A stretch of 64,000 bases of DNA from Escherichia phage YUEEL01. Of this stretch, positions 9,662 to 19,354 are shown piece by piece. Location of the stretch: the sequence record NC_054935.2. One strand, 5' to 3'. The first letter of the stretch is position 1. Every line of letters starts with the position of its first letter. The notes below the pieces were generated by a model, which made no database searches, was not told the origin of the DNA, and saw only the letters and a program-made list of their open reading frames with translations. Position numbers and translations under genes: made by a program.

Positions 9662-10348
9662 ATGAAACTGTCTAAAGATACTACTGCTCTGCTTAAAAAT
9701 TTCGCTACTATTAACTCTGGTATTATGCTTAAATCCGGTCAATTTATTATGACTCGCGCAGTTAATGGTACAACTTACGCGGAAGCAAATATTTCTGACA
9801 CTATTGATTTTGATGTAGCAATTTACGATTTGAACGGTTTTCTCGGTATTCTGTCTCTAGTTAATGATGATGCAGAAATTTCCCAGTCAGAAGATGGAAA
9901 TATTAAAATTGCTGATGCCCGTTCAACAATTTTTTGGCCAGCAGCCGATCCGAGTACAGTAGTTGCTCCTAATAAACCAATTCCATTCCCGGTAGCATCT
10001 GTTGTTACCGAAATTAAAGCTGAAGACCTTCAACAGCTGTTGCGTGTATCTCGCGGTCTGCAGATTGATACAATTGCTATCACAGTAAAAGAAGGTAAAA
10101 TCGTAATTAACGGTTTTAATAAAGTAGAAGATTCTGCTCTGACCCGTGTTAAATATTCTTTGACTCTTGGTGATTATGATGGTGAAAACACATTTAATTT
10201 CATTATCAATATGGCAAATATGAAAATGCAACCAGGAAATTATAAACTTCTGCTTTGGGCAAAAGGTAAACAAGGCGCTGCTAAATTTGAAGGTGAACAT
10301 GCGAATTATGTAGTAGCTCTTGAAGCTGATTCTACCCATGATTTTTAA
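9662..10348 (+). CDS. 45: gp45 sliding clamp
   Basis: 228 aa MKLSKDTTALLKNFATINSGIMLKSGQFIMTRAVNGTTYAEANISDTIDFDVAIYDLNGFLGILSLV... matches T4 gp45. Confidence 0.92.
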   Translation: MKLSKDTTALLKNFATINSGIMLKSGQFIMTRAVNGTTYAEANISDTIDFDVAIYDLNGFLGILSLVNDDAEISQSEDGNIKIADARSTIFWPAADPSTVVAPNKPIPFPVASVVTEIKAEDLQQLLRVSRGLQIDTIAITVKEGKIVINGFNKVEDSALTRVKYSLTLGDYDGENTFNFIINMANMKMQPGNYKLLLWAKGKQGAAKFEGEHANYVVALEADSTHDF

Positions 10349-10350
10349 TA

Positions 10351-10368
10351 GAGGGCTTCGGCCCTTTA
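10351..10368 (+). terminator. terminator-like hairpin (UUCG tetraloop)
   Basis: gagggcttcggcccttt after the gene 45 stop. Confidence 0.55.
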
Positions 10369-10399
10369 TAATTTACACTAAAACTTGAATGAGGAAATT

Positions 10400-11359
10400 A
10401 TGATTACCGTAAATGAAAAAGAACACATTCTTGAACAGAAATATCGTCCATCTACTATCGATGAATGTATTCTTCCCGCCTTTGATAAAGAAACCTTTAA
10501 ATCTATTACAAGTAAAGGTAAGATTCCACATATTATTCTTCATTCTCCTTCTCCAGGAACAGGTAAAACAACTGTAGCAAAAGCATTGTGTCATGATGTA
10601 AATGCTGATATGATGTTTGTGAATGGTTCAGATTGTAAAATTGATTTCGTTCGTGGTCCTTTGACTAATTTTGCCAGCGCCGCTTCATTTGATGGTCGTC
10701 AAAAAGTAATCGTTATTGATGAATTTGACCGTTCAGGTTTAGCAGAATCTCAGCGACATCTTCGTTCCTTTATGGAAGCTTATAGTTCAAACTGTAGTAT
10801 TATTATTACTGCTAACAATATTGATGGTATTATTAAACCACTTCAGTCACGCTGCCGAGTTATTACGTTCGGTCAACCGACCGATGAAGATAAAATTGAA
10901 ATGATGAAGCAGATGATTCGTCGATTGACTGAAATCTGTAAGCATGAAGGAATTGCTATAGCTGATATGAAAGTTGTAGCAGCTTTGGTTAAAAAGAATT
11001 TTCCTGATTTTCGTAAAACTATTGGCGAGCTCGATAGTTATTCATCTAAAGGTGTTTTGGATGCTGGTATTTTATCACTGGTTACTAACGATCGTGGTGC
11101 TATTGATGATGTTCTTGAGTCTCTCAAAAATAAAGATGTTAAACAACTCAGAGCTTTAGCACCAAAATATGCAGCTGATTATTCGTGGTTCGTTGGTAAA
11201 CTTGCCGAAGAAATCTATTCACGTGTAACTCCGCAGAGTATTATTCGTATGTACGAAATTGTAGGCGAAAATAATCAGTATCATGGTATTGCAGCTAATA
11301 CTGAATTGCATTTAGCTTATCTTTTCATTCAATTAGCATGCGAAATGCAGTGGAAGTGA
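10400..11359 (+). CDS. 44: gp44 clamp loader subunit (AAA+ ATPase)
   Basis: [26 protein letters not shown]... with Walker [11 protein letters not shown]; ATG at 10400 preceded by GAGGAAATT; track ORF starts at an upstream TTG. Confidence 0.92.
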
Positions 11360-11360
11360 T

Positions 11361-11924
11361 ATGAGCTTATTTGAAGATGATATTCAATTAAACGAGCATC
11401 AAGTTGCTTGGTATTCAAAAGATTGGACAGCTGTCCAATCCGCTGCTGATTCTTTTAAAGAAAAAGCTGAAAATGAATTTTTTGAAATAATTGGAGCTAT
11501 TAATAATAAAACTAAATGCTCTATTGCTCAAAAAGATTATTCAAAATTCATGGTTGAAAATGCATTATCACAATTTCCAGAATGCATGCCAGCTGTATAT
11601 GCAATGAATTTAATCGGTTCTGGATTAAGTGATGAAGCTCATTTTAATTATCTAATGGCTGCAGTTCCTCGTGGTAAAAGATATGGTAAATGGGCAAAAC
11701 TGGTTGAAGATTCCACCGAAGTATTGATTATTAAGTTACTTGCTAAACGGTATCAAGTTAATACAAATGATGCAATTAACTATAAATCAATTCTTACTAA
11801 AAATGGAAAACTACCTTTAGTATTAAAAGAACTTAAAGGTTTAGTCACGGATGATTTTTTGAAAGAAGTGACTAAGAACGTAAAAGAACAGAAACAACTC
11901 AAAAAACTAGCATTGGAATGGTAA
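11361..11924 (+). CDS. 62: gp62 clamp loader subunit
   Basis: 187 aa immediately after gene 44; matches T4 gp62 size and position. Confidence 0.88.
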   Translation: MSLFEDDIQLNEHQVAWYSKDWTAVQSAADSFKEKAENEFFEIIGAINNKTKCSIAQKDYSKFMVENALSQFPECMPAVYAMNLIGSGLSDEAHFNYLMAAVPRGKRYGKWAKLVEDSTEVLIIKLLAKRYQVNTNDAINYKSILTKNGKLPLVLKELKGLVTDDFLKEVTKNVKEQKQLKKLALEW

Positions 11925-11925
11925 A

Positions 11926-12294
11926 ATGATTGAAATTACTCTTAAAAAACCTGAAGATTTTCTGAAAGTAAAAGAAACTTTGACTCGTATGGGAATTGCT
12001 AATAATAAAGATAAAGTTCTGTATCAGTCCTGTCATATTCTTCAGAAAAAAGGACTATATTATATCGTTCATTTTAAAGAAATGCTTCGTATGGATGGTC
12101 GCCAAGTTGAAATGACAGAAGAAGATGAAGTTCGTCGTGATTCGATTGCATGGCTATTAGAAGATTGGGGACTGATTGAAATCGTTCCTGGTCAAAGAAC
12201 TTTTATGAAAGATTTAACTAATAACTTCCGAGTTATTTCTTTTAAACAAAAACATGAATGGAAACTCGTTCCTAAATATACGATTGGTAATTAA
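11926..12294 (+). CDS. regA: RegA translational repressor
   Basis: 122 aa MIEITLKKPEDFLKVKETLTRMGIANNKDKVLYQSCHILQKKGLYYIVHFKEML... matches T4 RegA. Confidence 0.88.
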   Translation: MIEITLKKPEDFLKVKETLTRMGIANNKDKVLYQSCHILQKKGLYYIVHFKEMLRMDGRQVEMTEEDEVRRDSIAWLLEDWGLIEIVPGQRTFMKDLTNNFRVISFKQKHEWKLVPKYTIGN

Positions 12295-12295
12295 T

Positions 12296-12517
12296 ATGAC
12301 TGCTATAACTCCGCAAGAATACATGGCGTCTCTTAAAGAAAAATATAATCTTTCTGCAACAGAAACACTTTTCGATTTACCAGAAAACCTTCAACTAAAA
12401 TTTCAGGTAGAATTTCAAAAATTAGTTCACCCAGAACAAAAACACTTTACCGCGGTCGTTAAGTCAATTAATGCAGATGGATTGACAATTTTCACCCGAC
12501 AAATAGTACTAATTTAA
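12296..12517 (+). CDS. hypothetical protein
   Basis: 73-aa ORF from the internal ATG of track ORF 12254..12517; followed by a hairpin. Confidence 0.4.
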   Translation: MTAITPQEYMASLKEKYNLSATETLFDLPENLQLKFQVEFQKLVHPEQKHFTAVVKSINADGLTIFTRQIVLI

Positions 12518-12520
12518 GCA

Positions 12521-12537
12521 AGGGGCTTCGGCCCCTT
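12521..12537 (+). terminator. stem-loop (GGGGC-UUCG-GCCCC), no U-run
   Basis: aggggcttcggcccct; may act as an RNA stability or processing element rather than a full terminator. Confidence 0.45.
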
Positions 12538-12595
12538 AATTGGAGTATAATATATCAAGAGCCTAATAACTCGGGCTATAAACTAAGGAATATCT

Positions 12596-15292
12596 ATGAA
12601 AGAATTTTATATCTCTATCGAAACAGTCGGAAATAACATTGTTGAACGTTATATTGATGAAAACGGAAAGGAACGTACTCGTGAAGTAGAATATCTTCCG
12701 ACTATGTTTAGGCATTGTAAGGAAGAGTCAAAGTACAAAGACATCTATGGTAAAAATTGCGCTCCTCAAAAATTTCCATCAATGAAAGATGCTCGAGATT
12801 GGATGAAGCGAATGGAAGACATCGGTCTCGAAGCTCTTGGTATGAACGATTTTAAACTCGCTTATATCAGTGATACGTATGGTTCAGAAATTGTTTATGA
12901 CCGAAAATTTGTTCGTGTAGCTAACTGTGACATTGAGGTTACTGGTGATAAATTTCCTGATCCAATGAAAGCTGAATATGAAATTGATGCTATCACTCAT
13001 TATGATTCAATTGATGATCGTTTTTATGTTTTCGACCTTTTGAATTCAATGTACGGTTCAGTATCAAAATGGGATGCAAAGTTAGCTGCTAAGCTTGACT
13101 GTGAAGGTGGTGATGAAGTTCCTCAAGAAATTCTTGACCGAGTAATTTATATGCCATTTGATAATGAGCGTGATATGCTCATGGAATATATTAATCTCTG
13201 GGAACAGAAACGACCTGCTATTTTTACCGGTTGGAATATTGAGGGATTTGACGTTCCGTATATCATGAATCGTGTTAAAATGGTTCTCGGTGAACGTAGT
13301 ATGAAACGCTTCTCTCCAATCGGTCGAGTAAAATCTAAACTAATTCAAAATATGTACGGTAGCAAAGAAATTTATTCTATTGATGGCGTATCTATTCTTG
13401 ATTATTTAGATTTGTACAAGAAATTCGCTTTTACTAATTTGCCGTCATTCTCTTTGGAATCAGTTGCTCAACATGAAACCAAAAAAGGTAAATTACCGTA
13501 TGATGGTCCTATTAATAAACTTCGTGAGACTAATCATCAACGATACATTAGTTATAACATCATTGACGTAGAATCAGTTCAAGCAATTGATAAAATTCGC
13601 GGGTTTATCGATCTAGTTTTAAGTATGTCTTATTATGCTAAAATGCCTTTTTCTGGTGTAATGAGTCCTATTAAAACTTGGGATGCTATTATTTTTAACT
13701 CACTGAAAGGTGAACATAAGGTTATTCCTCAACAAGGTTCGCACGTTAAACAAAGTTTTCCGGGTGCATTTGTATTTGAACCTAAACCAATTGCTCGTCG
13801 ATATATTATGAGTTTTGACTTGACGTCTCTGTATCCGAGCATTATTCGTCAGGTTAACATTAGTCCTGAGACTATTCGTGGTCAGTTTAAAGTTCATCCA
13901 ATTCATGAATATATCGCAGGAACAGCTCCTAAACCGAGTGATGAATATTCTTGTTCTCCGAATGGATGGATGTATGATAAGCATCAAGAAGGTATCATTC
14001 CAAAGGAAATCGCTAAAGTATTTTTCCAGCGTAAAGATTGGAAAAAGAAAATGTTCGCTGAAGAAATGAATGCCGAAGCTATTAAAAAGATTATTATGAA
14101 AGGCGCAGGGTCTTGTTCAACTAAACCTGAAGTTGAACGATATGTTAAGTTCAGTGATGATTTCTTAAATGAACTATCGAATTACACCGAATCCGTTCTC
14201 AATAGTTTGATTGAAGAATGTGAAAAAGCAGCTACACTTGCTAATACAAATCAGCTGAACCGTAAAATTCTTATTAACAGTCTTTATGGTGCTCTTGGTA
14301 ATATTCATTTCCGTTACTATGATTTGCGAAATGCTACTGCTATCACAATTTTCGGCCAAGTTGGTATTCAGTGGATTGCTCGTAAAATTAATGAATATCT
14401 GAATAAAGTATGCGGAACTAATGGCGAAGATTTCATTGCAGCAGGTGATACTGATTCGGTATATGTTTGTGTAGATAAAGTTATTGAAAAAGTTGGTCTT
14501 GACCGATTCAAAGAGCAGAACGATTTAGTTGAATTCATGAATCAGTTCGGTAAGAAAAAGATGGAACCTATGATTGATGTTGCATATCGTGAGTTATGTG
14601 ATTATATGAATAACCGCGAGCATCTGATGCATATGGACCGTGAAGCTATTTCTTGCCCTCCACTTGGTTCAAAGGGCGTTGGTGGATTTTGGAAAGCGAA
14701 AAAGCGTTATGCTCTGAACGTTTATGATATGGAAGATAAGCGTTTTGCTGAACCACATCTAAAAATCATGGGTATGGAAACTCAGCAGAGTTCAACGCCT
14801 AAAGCGGTCCAAGAAGCTCTCGAAGAAAGTATTCGTCGTATTCTTCAGGAAGGTGAAGAGTCTGTCCAAGAATATTACAAGAACTTCGAGAAAGAATATC
14901 GTCAACTTGACTATAAAGTTATTGCTGAAGTAAAAACTGCGAACGATATAGCGAAATATGATGATAAAGGTTGGCCAGGATTTAAATGTCCGTTCCATAT
15001 TCGTGGTGTGCTAACTTATCGTCGAGCTGTTAGCGGTTTAGGTGTAGCTCCAATTTTGGATGGAAATAAAGTAATGGTTCTTCCATTGCGTGAAGGAAAT
15101 CCATTTGGTGACAAATGCATTGCTTGGCCGTCGGGTACAGAACTTCCAAAAGAAATTCGTTCTGACGTACTGTCTTGGATTGACTACTCAACTTTGTTCC
15201 AAAAATCGTTTGTTAAACCGCTTGCGGGCATGTGTGAATCGGCTGGTATGGACTATGAAGAAAAAGCTTCGTTAGACTTCCTGTTTGGCTGA
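12596..15292 (+). CDS. 43: gp43 DNA polymerase (family B with 3'-5' exonuclease)
   Basis: 898 aa MKEFYISIETVGNNIVERYIDENGKERTREVEYLPTMF..., conserved DTDS motif; uninterrupted. Confidence 0.95.
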   Translation: MKEFYISIETVGNNIVERYIDENGKERTREVEYLPTMFRHCKEESKYKDIYGKNCAPQKFPSMKDARDWMKRMEDIGLEALGMNDFKLAYISDTYGSEIVYDRKFVRVANCDIEVTGDKFPDPMKAEYEIDAITHYDSIDDRFYVFDLLNSMYGSVSKWDAKLAAKLDCEGGDEVPQEILDRVIYMPFDNERDMLMEYINLWEQKRPAIFTGWNIEGFDVPYIMNRVKMVLGERSMKRFSPIGRVKSKLIQNMYGSKEIYSIDGVSILDYLDLYKKFAFTNLPSFSLESVAQHETKKGKLPYDGPINKLRETNHQRYISYNIIDVESVQAIDKIRGFIDLVLSMSYYAKMPFSGVMSPIKTWDAIIFNSLKGEHKVIPQQGSHVKQSFPGAFVFEPKPIARRYIMSFDLTSLYPSIIRQVNISPETIRGQFKVHPIHEYIAGTAPKPSDEYSCSPNGWMYDKHQEGIIPKEIAKVFFQRKDWKKKMFAEEMNAEAIKKIIMKGAGSCSTKPEVERYVKFSDDFLNELSNYTESVLNSLIEECEKAATLANTNQLNRKILINSLYGALGNIHFRYYDLRNATAITIFGQVGIQWIARKINEYLNKVCGTNGEDFIAAGDTDSVYVCVDKVIEKVGLDRFKEQNDLVEFMNQFGKKKMEPMIDVAYRELCDYMNNREHLMHMDREAISCPPLGSKGVGGFWKAKKRYALNVYDMEDKRFAEPHLKIMGMETQQSSTPKAVQEALEESIRRILQEGEESVQEYYKNFEKEYRQLDYKVIAEVKTANDIAKYDDKGWPGFKCPFHIRGVLTYRRAVSGLGVAPILDGNKVMVLPLREGNPFGDKCIAWPSGTELPKEIRSDVLSWIDYSTLFQKSFVKPLAGMCESAGMDYEEKASLDFLFG

Positions 15293-15304
15293 TAGAATAA
15301 ATCT

Positions 15305-15326
15305 AGGGACCTCCGGGTCCCTTTTT
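15305..15326 (+). terminator. intrinsic terminator (7-bp stem, UCCG loop, U5)
   Basis: agggacctccgggtcccttttt after the gene 43 stop. Confidence 0.65.
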
Positions 15327-15408
15327 CATACAAGTAATATAAATCTATACTTATGAAAAACAGATGATTCTGGACATTTAGAATTCCCTAAAAAATTTTC
15401 ACAAAACT

Positions 15409-15438
15409 GTTTACAAGAATGTTCTTCCATGGTACTAT
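15409..15438 (+). promoter_or_regulatory. T4-type early promoter
   Basis: gtttac, 18 bp, tactat within tggtactatacaactatcaactac, a box shared with other early promoters in the window. Confidence 0.55.
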
Positions 15439-15475
15439 ACAACTATCAACTACTGATACGGATTTGGAGAATAAA

Positions 15476-15712
15476 ATGAAAATTGTTATGGGATGCTTAG
15501 CAGTTTGTTTAGTTGCATTAGCAGCAGTTCCATTTGTTAGTGTTGAAAATGATACTCAACCTGTGATTGAATCTAGCACTGTTATTCACACTAATGGTAA
15601 AATATCAGTTAAAATTGATGATAATCTTCATGTGAATACAAATGGATCTTTAGGTGTGCAAATGGGTAATACCTGCATAAGCACTACTGGAGTAATTACT
15701 ACTTGCATTTGA
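15476..15712 (+). CDS. small secreted or membrane protein (N-terminal signal-like segment)
   Basis: MKIVMGCLAVCLVALAAVPFVSVEN...; ATG at 15476 with GGAG SD; the track start at 15419 lies inside the promoter and is rejected. Confidence 0.5.
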   Translation: MKIVMGCLAVCLVALAAVPFVSVENDTQPVIESSTVIHTNGKISVKIDDNLHVNTNGSLGVQMGNTCISTTGVITTCI

Positions 15713-15722
15713 GGAAATTATT

Positions 15723-16103
15723 ATGAAAATCGCTATTTTGGTTATTGCATTAGGTCTTACTGGTTGTGTAGCTCAAGGACCGGCAGTAAATCAGTCTGAT
15801 GTAGGAAAAATTGTAAACTGTTCAAACAAATTTTATAATCCTAATGTCAAGTGTTATAAAGAAGCTCCAAAGCAAACAGTAGAACAAATGCAGGCGAATT
15901 TTGACGAAGCTATTCGTCCAGATGAATCTGCTCAAGCATATCGTAATTCGGATGTAATTACACGCGAAGAAAAAATTGAAAACTACTGCGCAGAACTTTG
16001 GGCAAATTGGGCTAATAATTACCAATGGCGTACAGGTAAAAATGCTCCGATGGAGTATGTAGTGAATTCTTATAATTCATGTGTAAAAAATTTGACTAAG
16101 TGA
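15723..16103 (+). CDS. predicted lipoprotein
   Basis: MKIAILVIALGLTGC: signal peptide with LTGC lipobox; 126 aa; GAGGAAATT SD. Confidence 0.55.
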   Translation: MKIAILVIALGLTGCVAQGPAVNQSDVGKIVNCSNKFYNPNVKCYKEAPKQTVEQMQANFDEAIRPDESAQAYRNSDVITREEKIENYCAELWANWANNYQWRTGKNAPMEYVVNSYNSCVKNLTK

Positions 16104-16110
16104 GGAAAAC

Positions 16111-16362
16111 ATGGAAACTTTAGTAGCAGGTTCAATTTTTATGGTTTTAGTTTCAGGTGTGTTGGCTATTATTATATACATGCTTCCATGGTTTATCGCC
16201 TTGATGCGTGGGTCAAAATCGACAGTAGGAATCTTTTTCACATCTTTACTGTTTAACTGGTCAATTATTGGTTGGTTTATTACATTTATTTGGTCAATTG
16301 CAGGTGAAACTAAAAAGTCTGCGCAGCCAAATCAGGTAATTATCATCAGAGAGAAGGAATGA
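16111..16362 (+). CDS. imm: Imm, immunity to superinfection membrane protein
   Basis: 83 aa METLVAGSIFMVLVSGVLAIIIYMLPWFIALMRGSKST... matches T4 Imm; two TM segments. Confidence 0.85.
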   Translation: METLVAGSIFMVLVSGVLAIIIYMLPWFIALMRGSKSTVGIFFTSLLFNWSIIGWFITFIWSIAGETKKSAQPNQVIIIREKE

Positions 16363-16508
16363 AAAGCAAAATTATAGCAGTGTTGCTTTTAATCTTGATG
16401 GTTATAATAAGTATATACTATAGCGTAACAGTTCCTGCTATGATTCCAACTATTATTTTAGGTTGGGGTTTATTACTGTTACAATTTAAATATGAATGCA
16501 TCAATTGA
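16359..16508 (+). CDS. small hydrophobic membrane protein
   Basis: 49-aa ORF read by eye, MKSKIIAVLLLILMVIISIYY..., ATGA overlap with imm stop. Confidence 0.4.
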   Translation: MKSKIIAVLLLILMVIISIYYSVTVPAMIPTIILGWGLLLLQFKYECIN

Positions 16509-16515
16509 GGTTTAA

Positions 16516-17256
16516 ATGATTAATGACTCTATGACAGTTGAAGAAATCCGTCTTCATTTGGGGCTTGCATTAAAAGAAAAAGATTTCGTAGTTGATAAAA
16601 CTGGCGTTAAAACTATTGAAATTATTGGCGCATCATTTGTAGCAGATGAACCGTTTATTTTTGGCGCTCTTAATGATGAATACATTCAGCGTGAACTTGA
16701 ATGGTATAAATCTAAGAGCTTGTTCGTTAAAGATATTCCGGGTGAAACACCGAAGATTTGGCAGCAGGTAGCATCTTCTAAAGGTGAAATTAACTCGAAT
16801 TATGGCTGGGCTATCTGGTCAGAAGATAACTATGCCCAGTATGATATGTGTTTAGCTGAACTTGGTCAAAATCCTGATTCTCGACGTGGTATCATGATTT
16901 ATACTCGTCCATCCATGCAATTTGACTACAATAAAGATGGTATGTCAGATTTCATGTGTACTAATACAGTACAGTACCTGATTCGTGATAAGAAAGTCAA
17001 TGCAGTAGTAAGCATGCGCTCAAATGACGTGGTCTTCGGATTCCGTAATGATTATGCATGGCAAAAATACGTATTAGATAAATTAGTATCTGATTTGAAT
17101 GCAGGCGATTCAACTCGTCAGTATAAAGCAGGTTCTATTATATGGAATGTTGGAAGTCTTCATGTATATTCTCGTCATTTTTACTTGGTTGATCATTGGT
17201 GGAATACTGGCGAAACTCATATTGTGAAAAAAGATTATAACGGTGAGTGGAAATGA
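16516..17256 (+). CDS. 42: gp42 dCMP hydroxymethylase
   Basis: 246 aa with thymidylate-synthase-like core (FMCTNTVQYLIRDKKVNAVVSMRSNDVVFGF); matches T4 gp42. Confidence 0.92.
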   Translation: MINDSMTVEEIRLHLGLALKEKDFVVDKTGVKTIEIIGASFVADEPFIFGALNDEYIQRELEWYKSKSLFVKDIPGETPKIWQQVASSKGEINSNYGWAIWSEDNYAQYDMCLAELGQNPDSRRGIMIYTRPSMQFDYNKDGMSDFMCTNTVQYLIRDKKVNAVVSMRSNDVVFGFRNDYAWQKYVLDKLVSDLNAGDSTRQYKAGSIIWNVGSLHVYSRHFYLVDHWWNTGETHIVKKDYNGEWK

Positions 17257-18095
17257 TTCAATTCGTAATTCCAAGCTATCAACGTGTAGGGGCAGTTTCT
17301 GCCCTTGATATGTTTCCGACTGATTATGAACCTCATATTGTAGTGCGTGAACACGAAGAAAAAGCTTATTATGATGCCTATGGGTCTAGAGCTAAAATTA
17401 TAACTATTCCTGATGATGTAAACGGAATTGCCGGTACTCGTAAAGCAATTACTGATATGTATGCAGGTCAACGAATCTGGATGATTGACGATGATACTAC
17501 TATCCGTATGAGTTCAATACGAAAGAGAGACGATAAACGGCGCGTAGATAAAATTAATCAATTAACTCGTGAACAGTTCTATGAATTGATTCAATATGTT
17601 GAGGATGCCATGGATTGCGGATATTATCATGGCCATGCTCGTCTACCAATTTTTAAAATTACTTCATCTTGGGGTAATTATCGTGAAAATTCATATGGAT
17701 TCACGAATACATGGTATGACCTCGGAAAACTTACGACAGAACAAATTGGGTATGGAAAAATTGATTTATGCGAAGATATGTATGCATTTCTCAATTTAAT
17801 TAATCAAGGTTATCCGCATTTGGCCTTGTTCAAATATCTAGTTGTATCTGGAAAAGCACAAGCTCCTGGCGGGTGTAGTTCAATTCGTAGTAATTCTAAA
17901 CATAATAGAGCGCTTGAGCAAATCAATAGAGAGTTTCCAGAGCAAGCTCGTTGGAAAACTTCTAATATTGAAAAACGAAAATCGTTGGGTGAAGAAGACG
18001 AGCCATTAAAGGTTCTTCGCATGTGCGTTTCGCGTAAAGAAAAATCAGAAGCATTTCATAAGTTTAATGCTATTCATCCAATAGCAGTTGATTAA
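17253..18095 (+). CDS. putative GT-A-fold glycosyltransferase occupying the T4 beta-glucosyltransferase slot
   Basis: N-terminal FVIPSYQR (GT2-like first strand) and WMIDDD (DxD motif); no similarity to T4 beta-gt as I remember it; ATG at 17253 overlaps the gene 42 stop, track start is an upstream GTG. Confidence 0.55.
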   Translation: MIQFVIPSYQRVGAVSALDMFPTDYEPHIVVREHEEKAYYDAYGSRAKIITIPDDVNGIAGTRKAITDMYAGQRIWMIDDDTTIRMSSIRKRDDKRRVDKINQLTREQFYELIQYVEDAMDCGYYHGHARLPIFKITSSWGNYRENSYGFTNTWYDLGKLTTEQIGYGKIDLCEDMYAFLNLINQGYPHLALFKYLVVSGKAQAPGGCSSIRSNSKHNRALEQINREFPEQARWKTSNIEKRKSLGEEDEPLKVLRMCVSRKEKSEAFHKFNAIHPIAVD

Positions 18096-18119
18096 TGCCT
18101 AAATTTATTGTGTTATAAT
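18094..18119 (+). promoter_or_regulatory. possible MotA-type middle promoter for uvsX
   Basis: aatgcctaa (partial MotA box) about 11 bp upstream of tgttataat. Confidence 0.3.
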
Positions 18120-18172
18120 TACTCTATCTTTAACCAGTGAGGAAAATATAATGATGCCTATGGAAAAAATGA

Positions 18173-19354
18173 ATGTCTATTGCAGATTTAAAATCCCGTT
18201 TGATTAAAGCTTCCACTTCTAAAATGACTGCTGAACTGACTACATCTAAATTCTTTAATGAAAAGGATGTAATTCGTACAAAAATTCCAATGCTTAATAT
18301 TGCTATTTCTGGTGCGATTGATGGCGGTATGCAGTCTGGTTTAACTATTTTCGCAGGGCCTTCTAAACACTTTAAATCAAATATGTCTTTGACTATGGTT
18401 GCAGCGTATTTGAACAAATATCCTGATGCAGTTTGTCTATTCTATGATAGCGAATTTGGTATTACTCCAGCTTATTTGCGATCCATGGGAGTTGACCCGG
18501 AACGTGTAATTCATACGCCAATTCAATCAGTTGAACAGCTGAAAATTGATATGGTGAATCAGCTTGAAGCTATTGAGCGTGGTGAAAAGGTTATAGTATT
18601 CATCGACTCAATTGGTAATATGGCTTCTAAGAAAGAAACGGAAGATGCCTTGAATGAAAAATCTGTGGCAGATATGACTCGTGCTAAATCACTGAAGTCA
18701 TTATTCCGTATTGTTACTCCTTATTTTAGTATTAAAAACATTCCATGTGTTGCGGTTAACCATACAATTGAAACAATTGAAATGTTTAGTAAAACCGTGA
18801 TGACAGGTGGTACAGGCGTAATGTATTCGGCTGATACTGTATTCATTATCGGTAAGCGCCAGATTAAAGATGGTTCTGATCTTCAGGGATATCAATTTGT
18901 TCTAAATGTAGAAAAATCTCGTACCGTTAAAGAAAAAAGTAAATTCTTTATTGATGTTAAATTTGACGGTGGTATCGATCCTTATTCTGGATTGTTAGAT
19001 ATGGCTCTAGAATTAGGATTTGTAGTAAAACCTAAAAATGGCTGGTATGCTCGTGAATTTCTTGATGAAGAAACCGGCGAGATGATTCGCGAAGAAAAAT
19101 CTTGGCGTGCAAAAGATACCAATTGCACTACATTCTGGGGTCCTTTATTTAAGCATCAACCATTCCGAGATGCTATTAAACGTGCTTATCAGTTAGGTGC
19201 TATTGATAGTAATGAAATTGTTGAAGCTGAAGTTGATGAATTGATTAACTCAAAGGTTGAAAAATTTAAATCTCCAGAAAGTAAAAGTAAATCAGCAGCT
19301 GATTTAGAAACTGACCTAGATCAGTTAAGTGATATGGAAGAATTTAATGAATAA
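18173..19354 (+). CDS. uvsX: UvsX recombinase (RecA/Rad51 family)
   Basis: 393 aa MSIADLKSRLIKASTSKMTAELTTSKFFNEKDVIRTKIPMLNIAISG...; T4 UvsX with a 2-residue difference near the N-terminus. Confidence 0.93.
   Translation: MSIADLKSRLIKASTSKMTAELTTSKFFNEKDVIRTKIPMLNIAISGAIDGGMQSGLTIFAGPSKHFKSNMSLTMVAAYLNKYPDAVCLFYDSEFGITPAYLRSMGVDPERVIHTPIQSVEQLKIDMVNQLEAIERGEKVIVFIDSIGNMASKKETEDALNEKSVADMTRAKSLKSLFRIVTPYFSIKNIPCVAVNHTIETIEMFSKTVMTGGTGVMYSADTVFIIGKRQIKDGSDLQGYQFVLNVEKSRTVKEKSKFFIDVKFDGGIDPYSGLLDMALELGFVVKPKNGWYAREFLDEETGEMIREEKSWRAKDTNCTTFWGPLFKHQPFRDAIKRAYQLGAIDSNEIVEAEVDELINSKVEKFKSPESKSKSAADLETDLDQLSDMEEFNE

Noticed and set aside
15419-15475. Track ORF 15419..15712 starts at an ATG inside the promoter -10 region
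   Set aside because: That ATG lies within the promoter and has no SD; the ATG at 15476 with a GGAG SD is the credible start.
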